Translations under genes and position numbers: made by a program
The notes under the pieces: model-generated
What the model was told of the DNA's origin: nothing
What the model saw: the letters and a program-made list of their open reading frames with translations, nothing else
The model's database searches: none
Shown: piece after piece, positions 15,001 to 29,700 of the stretch
How positions within the stretch are numbered: position 1 is the stretch's first letter
Layout: the number at the start of each line of letters is the position of its first letter
Assembly (NCBI GenBank): GCA_051362555.1
Contig: CM120644.1
Coordinates: 13,600,567 to 13,664,566 of the forward strand
Source: Lingula anatina
Lineage: Eukaryota > Animalia > Brachiopoda
Direction: 5' to 3'
DNA length: 64,000 bases

Positions 15001-18000
15001 CAGTACATAACAGTCTGTATGACACATTAAAAAAAGTGCCATAATCAGCTAAAACTACAAAAATCCACAGTTTGCAGTATTTACAAATAATTGCTTGGTG
15101 TTGGTAATAAAATGTTGTTGGAGGTGCTGGAATGCGTTAGTTGTGCCAGTGCCTGCCATGGTTGTGACTGGATGCAAGCAGCTTTTAGTGCAGTCCCATT
15201 TGAGGTTTGGTTCCTAAAAGCACCCGTTAAGTATAAAAAAAAAAATGAGCATTAGTGGTTTAGTAATGAGAACATTATTTTAAATATATCAGTAAGTAAA
15301 AAGTTAAGATAAATAGATCAAAGTTTAATAAGTAGCAGTGGAATGCATATTGTGTCTTTGCTGTTGAAACCACCCTTAAAAAAAAAAAACAAACAAACAA
15401 AAAAAAAAAACGGATGCTTTACTGAAATGAATATAGGGTACAAATAAGACAAAAGTCTGGATTGAAGCATTGAAATAAAATCCATACTTGGAACTAAAAA
15501 CAACATTCCAACTAGCCAAGAGAGAAGCATTATTGTTCGTTAATGAAGAACTGAGTAAGGAAAAAGTGAGACATTTTTTGTGAAGGATTCTAGTGAGAAT
15601 GAAAGATGGTAAGAGTAATATGGAGAACTGATGTAATTTAAGGATTTGATTCCAACAAATCTGTGACTAAAAGTAATCAAAATCTTTTGATGAGATAATT
15701 GCGTGTTTGATGAACCCTAATGATTGCTCATTAATAGATGTTAATAGGAAAAAAAATTTGAATTTATAAAGAACTGACCTTGTTAGCTCTTTGTCTTTTT
15801 CCAGATAGTCACATCTGTTGCCTTGGTAACATGTGGTAGCGCAGACAAAGGGTTTTCATGATCTTCCTCATTGTAGCTGTTTGTATGCATTTCCAAAAAA
15901 GGTGCTTATTTCTATTTGTCCCCTGTTTTTTTATGTTCTCAACATGAATTGGCCACAGCCCTTCACCTACTCACTTAATATGTCAGTTTTTATTATTATT
16001 TTTTATTTTTTTTTTATTTATTTATTTATTTTTTTTTTACAATAGAGGAGGAGGGGTGGATTCTTTCTATCTCAGTCATTTAGTAGGCAGTTAAAACAAA
16101 AAAATATATTTTATATCAAGTGGATCTCTTAAAAGGTTGGGACATGGTCATCTTGAAAGAATTATATATATAGTGCTTATTGCCTATTTTAACTGTTTTT
16201 AAGCTGAATGAAATATCTACCAGCTGTTAGCACTAGTTCATTTTCATTCCTAATTGGAAGAAAAGGCAATTATCATTTCACGGTGACATAATAATTGCTG
16301 ATAATTTTAACATATGGTAATACACACATCCGATATTGTTACAGGGTAGTTAGGCTAGTGGTATGATTATTTTCTCACAAGGTCATGAGAATCAATTGGA
16401 TGATCTAAGAAACCAAGGAGGATATAAGTCTTCTATCCCCCCCCTCCCCCCCCCAACTACCTTTCTGCTTGCAAGATTTTTTTTTTCTAAAATATGCGTA
16501 GAAGGTGGTCGGAAATACAAAGTCTTCTTGGGGTTAGTCCTAAAATATTTTTAATTTACCTGCTCCTTTTGGGAGCGTATAACAGCCTGACCATAGCAGC
16601 ACACTCTGTGTAACAGGGTAACATATTGTCCATTAGGTGCAATATGGTGCAATATGTCGCACTGCAGCCATGATGACTAGAATTCTTCAGAGTTCAGGCG
16701 ATGGATTTTGAGAATAGCTGAAATAATGCGAGTCTGTTACAGTTGTGTTTTCTTAGTAGGTTGAGCATTTTTAATTTTTTCCAGTTGATGATTTGTTTGG
16801 ATTGGATTTAGGAGGATTTTTATTTTCATTACATTTCTGATCAGCAGTACATGTTATTGACGTTATTTTTCAGAAATATATTACCTTCTGAAAGTTTTGA
16901 TATTATTTGCCCTGGTCAAGATCGTGTCTTGACTGTTATTTGATAACAGAAGTTGTGGTTGTAGTTCAAAAATGTCACACGAGGCCAGTGACATCTGGAC
17001 TATGTTTTGAGGAATTCAGGTTGGAATTCTAGGAAAAGTTGCCACGGAGACAAGGTGGAAGTTAGACGTTGGAAAAGCAAAACTCATAGAATGCAGTAGA
17101 AAAAAAAAGATGTTTGAAAAGGTGGTTGAGAAGTTTGAGAAGAAATATAGATGAGGAGGAAGACAGCAAGGAGGCAATTAAACATAATATGAAGTGTTGC
17201 AGAAGAATATTATCAGTGGAAAATTCCTGGGATTAAAGAAAAGTTATGAAGTGAATGCTGAAAAGTGGACTGAAGGTGATAAAGGAAAGAGCATTGTGTG
17301 AAATTTATACAGCAAAGAGACAAATTGATAAATATGGCAGAATAATTGACTTGTACTGAAAGAGACACGAAGAAGAAATTTACTATGTAAACATGGCAGC
17401 TGTGATGCCAAAGACAAAGATTGAATTTTCAGTGGACAGCAATTTCAGAGTTGAAAGGAAATAACTACAATATATAGTGACCTAAAATTGTCAATATTTA
17501 TAAATACACAATGGATAGTGTATTGGTGGAAATAGTTCATACTACTGTCAGGCTGACATCAGTTTTACCTAGGAGGTCACTGAAAAGACTGATAGAACAT
17601 AAAAATCCTCCCAAGGCAGAGGAGAATGGTGCACAGGTATGTGAAAGCTACCGTACGACCGAGTACCTTTTGTTTCCTATAAACCACTGTTTTTATCAGA
17701 TTAATTGTATGAACAGTTGGGTTTAAGGCATATGTGTGTTAGATCTTTATATTGAAAAACCCAGCCTTGGAAATTTCAAGTTTCCTTTTTAATCACCCAC
17801 TTAAAGTATATAGCAAACACTTTTGGGAAATTACAATCTATAAACAGTGGCGTGCAAAAGCGGTCTTTTGGAAGATGGTCAGAATTTTTTAAAGTTTACT
17901 TTGATTGGCATCTAATTTTTCAACGTCAAAAATGGAAGATGGATCAACAAAGATAATTTGGAAGACTGTCAGAAAATATCTCTGGGTGGGTTCCTGATAA

Positions 18001-21000
18001 ACTTGATTTTCCGTTTTAAATTTCTTTTTTTTTCCTTTTTTTATGCTGATATGAGATACTAATGAGGAGATCAATATATAATCTGGAAAATGGATCGAGG
18101 ATTCAAATGAGTTGATTTACAGCAGAAGTATTAAAGAAGTAAAACACTAAAAGAAGTAAAGAAAAAAACTTCAAGTAGATTTTGGCAACATGTTCAATCT
18201 TAAAAATTTTAAATAATTTCTAAAAATTAAAAAAAAAATTATTTCCCAGCTGGGAATCAAGAACAGTTAAAATGACTTGTGATGGCTGGAAATGCCTCCC
18301 TGTTTGAGCCCCCTCCCAGTATTATTGTTTGTATGCTGAAGCTTATCTGCATATGGCATGTGATTTACCTTAGGGAGCCCCTAATAATAATCACAATATT
18401 GCATTACAGAGGCAGGATACCTCTTTATGTTAACCTCACCAATGATTGTAATGTTGCATGATAGGTTTTAATATCTCTCCCCCTCCCCCTGTGAGCCCCT
18501 TAGGCAAACGTATGCCCCAGATGATTGACATTAATATTTACAGCTGTCAGCCCCAACCTGCACCCACCTTTGTGAACCTCATATTTTTAGGTCAAAGTCA
18601 GATATGTAACCCCCCCCCCCCCTCTTAAGACAACCCTGAGTGGGTCCCTCGTGGAATTTCTATAGATTGTAGTTTGATGGACGAGAGAATAGAAATTAGT
18701 TATGGTCTTCATATAACTAAGCCTTTTGAGCATCTCTTGAGTGGCTCCAGGGTGCCCCCTTTGTGACCCTCACTGGTAGTCACTATAGATCTGAACTTCT
18801 CTTAATTTATTTCAAATATAACCAATTTTAAAACCTTGAATACATTTGAATACACCTTGGATGACTCCTTTGATCTGTGTTCCCTGAGGTGCCCCAACTA
18901 AATTAATTCCTTTCACCTTTAGCCACCCCCCCCCCCCTTTGTGAGCCCCAAAAATTAGTTGTCAGGGATGGCAGATTGGTAGACTGAAAGAATGAAGTCA
19001 GGTCTTCAGTTCCTACTACCTGTGTCATGCAATGCAGTGTTTAGTGGCCTTTCACATTAAAACCATTGATCTTCCGGAACGCAGTGAAAGGGATTGGCAA
19101 TGTTTTTTTGATATTCATTGCAGGATTTCATTATTTATTTTGTCTTCGGGAGAATTCATGTGGCTGTAAGAGCTGTGTTGTCATTATTATTATCAGTGCA
19201 CTGTTGAGGTAGAGCTTTCTTAAGTAGACTGAATGGGACTCTTTATGCATTATTATTCATGAGGAGCTGCTGATATTGTTATTGTAACTAAAGGAGTTTT
19301 TGGCAGTGCATTGCAATTGCTGACATCGTCCGGGCCATCATTAGCAGTCTTGCTTGGTGGCAGTGGACGCTGCTGCGGTCAGACTTTTACAGGTGGCTGT
19401 GGATTTGATAACTGACATGGTCACTATTATCAGCAAAGTGGAATTTCGTGTTAAAGTCAACCTTGTGTAGGTGGCAGAGACGAGACCCATGTGACATTTA
19501 AACTTGTAAGATTCACAGTTCAGTGCTGCAGAAATAGGAGACAGTCACTGCGGTTAACAGCCAGACACTTCTATAGAAAACTGGCTGAAATAAAAACATA
19601 TTATTCGGTGTGTCGATAAGATTGTCTGAAAGTGGGACGGATAACATCAGTTGACCAGTACAGAGACCCATGGCCTACACGACAACTTTCTTGTCAGGCA
19701 TTTGGCAAGCTGTGTGTTTTGCTAAACAGCTTTAGGTTCTATTCGGCAAGCTTAGTGTATGAAAACATTTGGTCCATTATACACATATATATACATATAT
19801 ATTTAACCTGGAAGAAGAAGACTTGGCAGCGAGAATAGTATTTGTAACATCTAAACATCTTGGTATCTTCAACTGAAGTGTTCTGGAAGGTGGATATTTA
19901 TATATTTTCTGTACAGGTGAACTAAAAGTGGATGTTTTGTGGATTTTTAATATAGAGACTGGCTGGAGGAAGATATTGCCCAAAAATTGAAAAATTGATG
20001 TCTGCAGGAGAACTGAATGAGAAGTTTATATTTTTACATATGCAATAGAGGTGGTCTAGAAGTGGATATTTCTGTTATATGTAAAAGAAAAAAAACATCT
20101 GTGCAAAAGGATTGTGGGCCTATTTTTATTTGTCATTTTTTTTTGGAGTAGTATGTCCTTTGAGAGGGAAGTGTGACGCGCCTGAGGTTTCACTGACTTT
20201 GATCTATACTGCTGCATGATAAGGTAGACAGACAAAAAAGAGACAATTACCTAATTCTTTAGATTCAACTTAAAAGATAAAAAAAAAGTTTTGTAAAGCA
20301 TTTTCCTGGACTTTTGGAGCAATTTTTCCAGTCTAATATTACAAGCACTCTTTGATGACTGATTTAGAATAATCAACAGGATATTTGGACAACAATACTT
20401 GCATCATTCAAGTGGAAATAAAAAGCCTACAGCAGTATTTATAACCAAACCTGCGAAACACTGGATCCTTTTTAAGGAAACAAGTAGGGACTAGTTTTTT
20501 ATGCCGAGTCTGATAATCCAGCCTGTTAGTGCATTGGATGACTTCATTGTCTATCAGATTTCTTTATACGTGAACTCCCTTTCCTGGCTGTTGCTCAACC
20601 ACCTGCAATGACGTTCTATTGTGTGGTAATAGGTCACATCATCAGACTGAGATAGGCATGACAGTGCATGACATTATATGTATGCAAATTTAAGATCTGT
20701 TTAAACTGAAGAACTGCAGTTGCAGTTAGTCTTGTGTTTAAGGTGCAAAGTTCTCTCGAAATGTTCCAAGATTTACCAATGGAGATAGAGTGACATTGGT
20801 AAAAAAGGTCCTGAAGATATTTGATGTTTAAATCCATAAAGCTCTGATGCAGTGAGGTTTCTGAAGAAGGATACAAAGATCCATGAAGTATGCCAATGAT
20901 ACTGCAGAGAGATATCCAAGCTATTTCTTAAAACATCCCAACTCTCATTTGGGTGTTTTTTAATGTCATGATACTGACTTACAGTGAATTAAACACACTG

Positions 21001-23735
21001 ATCTAGTGACATATTTGTTTTCTTCTGAAAATTCTGATCTTCAGATTCCAAATATTACACCAAGGAATCGCTGATATATTATGATACATTGGGATTTTAT
21101 ATTCCATGAATTTTTATCTTGATCTCAAGATTTTAAGATAAAACATCATCGATTGTCCTCATAAGGCTCAGACTGATGCTTTCAACTCAACCTCAGCTGA
21201 AGTGCAGCTGCTAGAGACTAATATTAGGTCATTATTTTCCGGGATCAATAATAATAATGATTAAGAAATCACTGATTGGTTAGGTACATTTGTTGTAATT
21301 ATCACAATCCAGTCAAAATGCAGGGAGGAAAAACTTGTACATATAAAACTGGAGTGGATATTCTATTTACCTGACAAGGACTTGACACCGAGATATTTTT
21401 GGACTAAAAGTACTCCATCTGTTATTTTCACATGAAGTGATAGACATATCATAGATGAGATAGACTCTATGTGCTGCTTGTGCATGTTGGGAGGAAAAAG
21501 TATCAGAGAAAGTACAATTCACAAGAAGGTCCAGCCATTTTGAGTACAAGGAAGGCTTTTGCATGATGCATGTGCATGCGGAAAGTGAAGAGTGTCAGGT
21601 TTAGACTCTGCCATTTTGAGTTCATTCTAGAAAGACTCTGCCAATTCAAGTGCAAGAAAGATTGTTTTATCCAGAAAGCGAAAAATTATCAGAGAAAAGC
21701 ACAGCTTTCTTAAGTACATTTGAAAAACTTGAACGCAAGAAAGTCAGCTACTTTGAAAACAAGACTATTTGTTGCCTTTGTGAGAAGAAGGTGAAGAATG
21801 TCAGAAGGAAACTAAACTGTTTTATCTAAAAGGAAAAACTCAAATGCTCCAAGTATAACAAAAGTCACATTTTGTGACTTATATGTGAATGTAGAAAGAT
21901 AAAAAAACTGAGAGAATAACTCGGTCACAGTATAAGCCTGCACTCTTTATTGGCAGAGGAAACTAACTACAAAAATGGATTTCGATTTTGATTCTAATAA
22001 CAACGGAGTCAGGTTGAAAAGAGTGAGAATTCTTTCCTACAGGAGGTGGCTGTCTAATGTGGTATGTATATATGCATTGAGCATTGCTTTAATTGCAAAT
22101 CAAGAGTTAAGATCACATTTAGTTTTATCTTAATCTTGTTTTCAGAATACTTGAATACCATTAGCCATTAGGGCCTGTTCAGAACCAGTTGGTCCACAGA
22201 CTAACTAGTCCATGGATCAAATATGGCGCACACTTGACATGTGCTCTGTCTCCCATAGGCGTCGTACCAGCAGGGGCAGAGCAATTAATTCTCAGCATGC
22301 TGTCAAGTGGATCATATCGACTTTGATGCGCAGATTAGTTAGTTCGCAGATCAACTTGTTCTAAAGAGACTCTTAGACTTGTATGCAAATACCAGGCTGA
22401 GCTCAAGTTGAGCTTTGCTTGTGGGATATATATGTTTCTTCAAGAGGAAAGACAAAATGGCAAATAATATGCTTAAGAAGAGTTGATGGATAAATAATGA
22501 ATGAAAAATGATGTGTTAGTGAGTAAGTGAATGAATAATTATGTGAATGGATGGATAGGTGGAGGGAGAAAAACTGCCATATGATGCTAAGCCTTGTTAT
22601 TTGGCATGAGAATAGTTAAGACACATTTTTCTGAAAACCTGTCAAAATAATGAAGAAAACAAACCCAATTAAAGAACCACTCACTAAGGTATATTTCAGA
22701 AATAACAAATATAGACCCCTATTTTTAAAAAGATGAAACATTTTTGGTACAGTGTACCTACGAGACTTCACTACACAAGAGACAATGAAAAATCTATTTC
22801 TCTGTATTTTTTCCAAGTTGAAGTCCTTGAAAGTAGTTCCTTAACAATAAAGGCTATGTATGTCCAGACGATAGATGGGGTATATGTCTTCCTTCAAAAA
22901 TGACTGTGCCTGTCTTACAGCTAAATCTGTCTCCTAAGCTGAAATAGAAGTGATAAGGACTTTTGTATGACTAATTCTATTCATTAGTACCTCATCATGA
23001 GGACACTTTCACAAAATGGCTATTGCCTGATAATTGGTCTGAACACTTAGACCCCAAATTTAGCCTACTTTAGTTGAATATAAATCCACAGTTACAAGAC
23101 CATTTACATTAAGTTTTCATTAGTACAGTTTCACAAAATGGCTGTTGCCCAATAATTGGTCTAAATATTTAGACCCCAAATTTAGCCTACTTAAGTTGAA
23201 TATAAATCCACAGTTACAAGTCCATTTGAATAAAATAAACATTCCCCAAAAAAAATCAAAAGCTGTCTTTGAAAACAGAGGCTTCATATGAGGCCAGTGA
23301 CTGTCCACATGATGGCTAGACAGTTCTCTTCAGAAAGCCTTGATTTCTTTAAATTTTCTTATTGTATGGCTCTTTTCATCATTTAAAAAAGTTAAGAATA
23401 AGGGGAATTGAAAATCACCTGTTAAATTCCAATAAAAAGAAGCTTTAGTGTATATCTGGGCACTGGTGTATGCGTGTTTCCACTCATGCACATGCACAAG
23501 TATCATCAACAGCGTAATTAGGATATGAGGCAGAATTAATAAGGAGCAAATGGGGGTCTTAATGGCACTTTGCTTAAATGTGTCTTCCCAAAGCACATGT
23601 TGCTCCTCATTAAATGGGGCCTGGAATCTGAGGTGTTCTTTAAAGTGTATCATCACTGAAGCAGTCCATTTTTGAGTTCAAAGAAAGAGATGGGGAGTAT
23701 TCTACCCCCTCCCTCCCTGCCCCTCTCACCTAACA

Positions 23736-23791
<56 letters not shown>

Positions 23792-26700
23792 ACTTGGTTT
23801 TTGACATCCCTTTCAGTCTTTCTCTCTCTCTCTCTGCAAATCTGATATGTTTTTAGTTTTACTTTGACTGGTAGAATGCCCAAAAAAAAAAAATAATAAA
23901 TAACAGATCCTAGATGTGGATAGACATGAATTCAAACATTTTTCACCAAGATGCTACAATCCATGCAAAAAGCCATTTTAACGGTGAATACATATGATGC
24001 CCATGGCTTTTTACATGTGTTTGTTGGTGGATCATCAGCAATTAATTAACTTTTAACATTCTAGCCTTGTTTTTCTTTGATCTCATAGGTTAATGTCCAT
24101 GCGACATACAAGATTTGACATCTTTGACTGACACTGAACTCTTTAACCTATGGTTACGGGGGAATTTAATGTTGTGTCCACACTTAAGAACCTAGTGATG
24201 GATAATGTTGCAGTAGCCATTTTGTCATTTACAGTATTTCAACTAAAAAATGTTGACAGTGAGTTTAAAAATGTTCATTCTGATAGTGATAGGGAAATAT
24301 TTTGATGGTAAATATATTGATGTTGTCATATCTGAGGACTGTAATGCAAAAATGTAATGCATCCGTGCACGGTCTTTGGAAAAATTATTTTGAATCATAC
24401 TTAATATAATTGTGTTTTCACAAATAATTTTAAGACATTAGTGCATTGCTTTTCAAGCACTTACCAGATAATCACTGTGGCATCTTTTAAGATCAAGATA
24501 GAAAGTATCACAAGGTCTTACAGCAAATAAGAAAAGTTCATTAGAGAAGGGGTATCTTTAGTAGAGAAAAACAGAATTTTGATAGCCCTTTGGAAATACA
24601 CTATAAGAATATTCTGAAGATATTATAATGACAATTGCATATTTAAGGGTTTTGTTGACACCATTTTGTTTGCACCAGTTGACCCATGCTTTGGCAGGTT
24701 GCCCTGGTGACGGTGGTTATATTTGCTAATGCTGGCAATCAGAAATATATCCTTTGAAAGTATAACATGTACTGATGTTAATTATATGACATAAATGACA
24801 TGTCTAATACATCAGCACATGTATTTTACTTACATAATGAAATTTGCAGTTGCTATGGTGACAGTGTTGACCAAGGTTAAAAATGTGCCAACTAGCCAGG
24901 GGTCAGTTGCAAAAAAAAAAAAAAAAAAGAAAGAAAAAAAAAAAGAACTTAAGACCAACATTCGATAAAAAAAAATCCTGCTACTGTGACCTAGTCTAAA
25001 TTGGTCATCATTTTTTTTTTTTTTTCATAAAAAGCAGTATCTTTGGACCAGCATTTGTTCCATTAAGTGCACTAAATAGACAACATTTTGACAACAATAT
25101 CAAGACATATTCTGAAATCACTGTCTAGGGGCTAATGTCATCCCACATGGCTGGTCAGATAAGTACATTTTGTATATCATGTTTTTTTTTTTTGTCTTTC
25201 TTTTCGGTTGTTTTTGTTTTTGTTGTTTGGTGACTGATGGAGGTGACATTGGACAGTGACTGTCAGAAATACCAGGGAAATTTCTTGTCAAGTCCAGTAT
25301 TTTTAAAACAAAACATATGACAGTGACTTGAGCTTTTCAGTGGAAAAATTATAATAGCATTTTTCAAGTCATAAATTCTTAGAATAAGAACATTGTGGTA
25401 GCAACAAGATTACAAAACAGACTACCCTGAAGTAATGACAGCAATTGGTGCATTGGTTCAGAATAACAAATTTTCTAAACAAATACTATTATAATGAGGT
25501 ATAATATAAAGAGATAGAGAGAGATATAAAGAGATCTTTTGCACTAAATTTTTTTTTTCATTCTTTTCTCTTTGTGTGGTACAAGAATCTAATAATAGCA
25601 CTGTAAAGTTTTCAACTTTCAATTATCAGTTGTTTGCCACCAATTTGAAAAACTTCTGCCGGTAGTACAAGGACTTTTTATGCCAAACACCTGTTTCAAA
25701 AACTAAAACAGTATAATTTAGGTTGCAACACCTACACGATAAAGTTTAGATAAGCACAGCATTAAGAGCATGTGTTTCAGTATGTAAAAAAAAAAGATTG
25801 GCCACAGAAAGCTGAGTATGGTAATTACTTGGTCTTTTCAATGGGCAAAAATTATCAAACTTTCAGATACATAAAATTATACTTCTGCACGGTAATAATA
25901 TTTGTGATGCTTTTACTGCATAGAATAGAACTACAGAGTAGCCTATTTTTAATCTTCTTGCTACAGCTCAATAGAAAAATTCTAATTTTATGAAATTATG
26001 ACATAAAAAATACAGCATCTGTAAATTTCACATTTTTCTCTTGTTGAAAAAATTTAGTATTTACCTTATTAAGATAAGAGCCACAAAGAGTGCCTGGATA
26101 TTATCTAAAATATATGTATGCTTGTGGTCATTTCCTGCACTTAGGCTGATACCATCTGGTCTTAGTATATATTGGTGGTATGTCTAAGATTTGGTGGTGG
26201 TCAGATTAGTATCTGGACAACTCAGCTGACCTCCCACTTTATGTCTGGACATGGCTGACCTTTAATTAAGGAATTAAGCCAGACATGGTACTTGTAGTGA
26301 TTTTTTAAAAATTTAATTTGTTGGGTTTTTTAATTCATTATTTGTTTTTTGTATGAAGGAATACATGTTGTTTTATCATTTACATTTCAGAATAGTCACA
26401 GGTACAAAAATTATCTTTTCTTTAATTTTATTATTTTCTTACAAGTATTTCTACACTTGAAAAAATTTAGCATCAATCCACATTTTTCACACAATGTTTT
26501 CAATTGTCATGAACAGACATTTCGGTAGTATGTCTTCATTCTGAACTGTGCACATCCCTTTTCCAAGTTGACTTTCTGTTGTATAGTAGACAGTAGAAGA
26601 TTATTAATCGACTTTGTCCAATGCGGAGACGCTGCTCAGTTGACTTTCTTACCCAATGGCCAGGCCGTTAAGTTATCAATCTCTCAAAATATACTGATAC

Positions 26701-29700
26701 AGTTGTATCACATTGATATTATGGTTGATGTGAAGAGCCCTGAACCGCAAACAAGCCTGATGTTACACTGTCAAGTACTAATTGATATGTGCCTTGACGA
26801 TATAAGAGGAAATAGCCATCTTTAGTTAGTAGGAAGCAGGCGGAATACAAATGAGACATTGTATTTAACCTTTTCATGAGGACTGCCTGTTTTTGAATTG
26901 TACATCTCAAACGAATGATGTCATTTTAGTGCGGAATTCTTGGCAAACACTTGAGATGCCTAGCACCACTTGTATAGGCTCTCCAGTATGCTAATGAATT
27001 TTTGTAAATAATATATAAAAGTTTCAGTCTGATTTCTAAGTAAGCTCAGTGTGAAAACTTGTTATAGGATAGAGTGTAGAGATTAAATCATGTGAAACTG
27101 CTCATAGCTTCATAGTGTCTCTAAAATATTTAGGTTTTGTAAATAATTCATGTAGAAGTACTAGTCACATAGAAAAAGGCGATGCTTATCAAATTAGTAT
27201 AAAAACTTAATTTTGTTTAACTTTAAATTCGTTAGGGACCTTTATTTAATAAAAAGCTAGGCTGAGTACAAAAATCAGATATTTTTTACAAGGGTTATTG
27301 AAATTTTTGTTCTAATTTTTTGGTTGTATTTCTGCAACATTTGCCCCACAAGTGCCAAATGGTTCTTTTGTTTCATTTTAAATTTACACATCAAAAGGAA
27401 CGACTCATGAAACACTATTTTCATTCACAGTCAACAGTGCTATTGTGTGTGATTGCATGTCCGAGAAGAAAGATGTCACTATTTCTATGTCTGTAGAGAA
27501 AGATGTCACCATTACTATTTAATGTTTCAGTTTTAGGTTAAAAGGCTGTGCTGTTTTTGTTCTATTTTTAGCTGGTTGAAGTACATGCCAAAGTTACCCG
27601 CTAACAATTAACTATTGACTGGTTGTTCTTTAATCTTTCTTAATGCTATTTGAGAAAATGAAATACTGTGAACCTTAAATCTCTTAATATATGCATAGAC
27701 ATGCTCATCTATCAACCCAGTTTTCTTCAATGAAGCTAGGAATCTTTTTATAGATTTACAAGCAATGCATGTAATTGTGTAACCAGCTGTTGCTATAATT
27801 GTGATAATCATCTTCAAGAAATATTTAGGTGATATATATCATATTTCTTGTGAAAATTGATTTTAAATAATTTTTTTTTTCTTCAGTTGGATTATGAAAG
27901 ACAATTTTCCAACGACTCGCAACCTGACGAAAGAGAGTTCAGCGCAGACCTTGATCCCACAGACCAACATGGCGGCAGCGGAGGCGCACGCCGACCTTCT
28001 GCCCCAGTTGGACCGGGCGAGGTGTCACAATCACCACGGCAACGGGTATTAATGCGTACCAGTACTTTACCTAACCACTCGCACAGACCTTCCTTTCTGC
28101 ATCTTGTTAGTTCTAGACTAGAGGAGAGCGATGTAGGTGTACGAAGTGGTGCCGCCGCTTATTTGACAACCGTTGCATGAATCAGTGACCTAGATACTTT
28201 ATTTAGGTCATTGCATGATTATAGAGAGCATTCGCATTGAGAAGAGCCGAGGTCTAGCAAGGCCGAGACCTAAATATGGTGAACCTACATGAAAGGAAGA
28301 CCATGTAATCATTGAGAGACCATTAAAGGATTCTGCTGTCTTCCTTTCATGTAGGTCTGCCATATTTGGGTCTCGGCCTTGCTAGACCTCAGCTCTTCTC
28401 GATGTGAATGCTCTCATAGTCACCCTGAATTTTCACAGTTTATCGATATGATGGCTCAGCATTTGATAGATGCGAGTATCAGTGTTGATGTTGCGAAACT
28501 CAGGGTTAATGTTGTGAAGGCCTTGATGAACTTGGGAGATAATTTTTTTCCTTTCGCGAAATATGACAAAATTTCCAACCAAATACAAAGATTCCAGCAA
28601 ATTTTTCAAAAGATTTTCTTTTCTCAAAAAAGTATACAGAAATTTGATATAATATCTTCATGACACAAGGTTAGAAAATTGGTCAAGCTTTTTATTTCCA
28701 AGATGACAAAAGATCTCCGAGTGTATGTCAGAGCCTGAAGGGATATACATGGTTTATAGTTCTCTACATACAAATCCGTTTTCAAAACAGTTCATGAATA
28801 GGATTATTTAAGTTCTTGACATGTGAATTAAAGGATAGTATTGCAAATGGCTCAAATTTATACATGACAACATTTTTGGGAGAAAATAAACATGTATATC
28901 CCTTTTATTGTATGAAACTTCTGTGCAGTTACTTACATAGAAACTTGCACAGGATTCAACTGGGCAATTTGGTGATTTAAGAGCTGTATAAACCCAAACA
29001 CTGAATATTTTCTAAAAATTTTTGACCCAGAAAACCAAATTCAACATTTCATTTTTGACTCAGAAATCCAAACCGAACTTGTCAAATTGTATCATACCAG
29101 CTGAAAAATTGTGCAGAAGATTCCCAAGAAATGATACCCACTAAGGCTTCGTTCACATGGAATGTCTATTTTCTAAAAATCTATTTTCTATTCGCGCTAT
29201 CTTATGATCACGGTCTGTGCCCTGAATATCCTGCCGCGTAATTACTGGCAGCGTGAGCCAGTTACTTATAGTAACTTATAGTAACTGGCTCGCGCTGCCA
29301 GTAATTACGCCGCAGGATATTCAGGGCACAGACCGTGATCATAAGACATACCGCAAATAGAAAATAGAATTTAGAAAATAGACATCGCATGTGAATGAAG
29401 CCTAAGAAGTAAGCTGCATATGGAACATCTGCCCTGATTACACAAAGTTGTTAATACTAGACAACATAATATGTAAGTTTTCTGGACAGACAGAGGTTTC
29501 CATATACAGGACTTCTTTGTGCCTGTTTTGCATCGTCAGTGTCACTATTATGCTGAAGGGTATAATGTTTGATGTATTTTTGCATTTTCTCTCTGTGATG
29601 CTTGCAGCTTGAGTATTCGAAGACATATTTCGTATTGCATCTTGGAGGATACTCATATAACAGTGTTCTCGTTACACGTAATCTGTGTTTTGAACATCAC

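Noticed and set aside
16314-16322. ATG|gtaata as another mini first exon
   Set aside because: Weak donor and poor start context; expected by chance.
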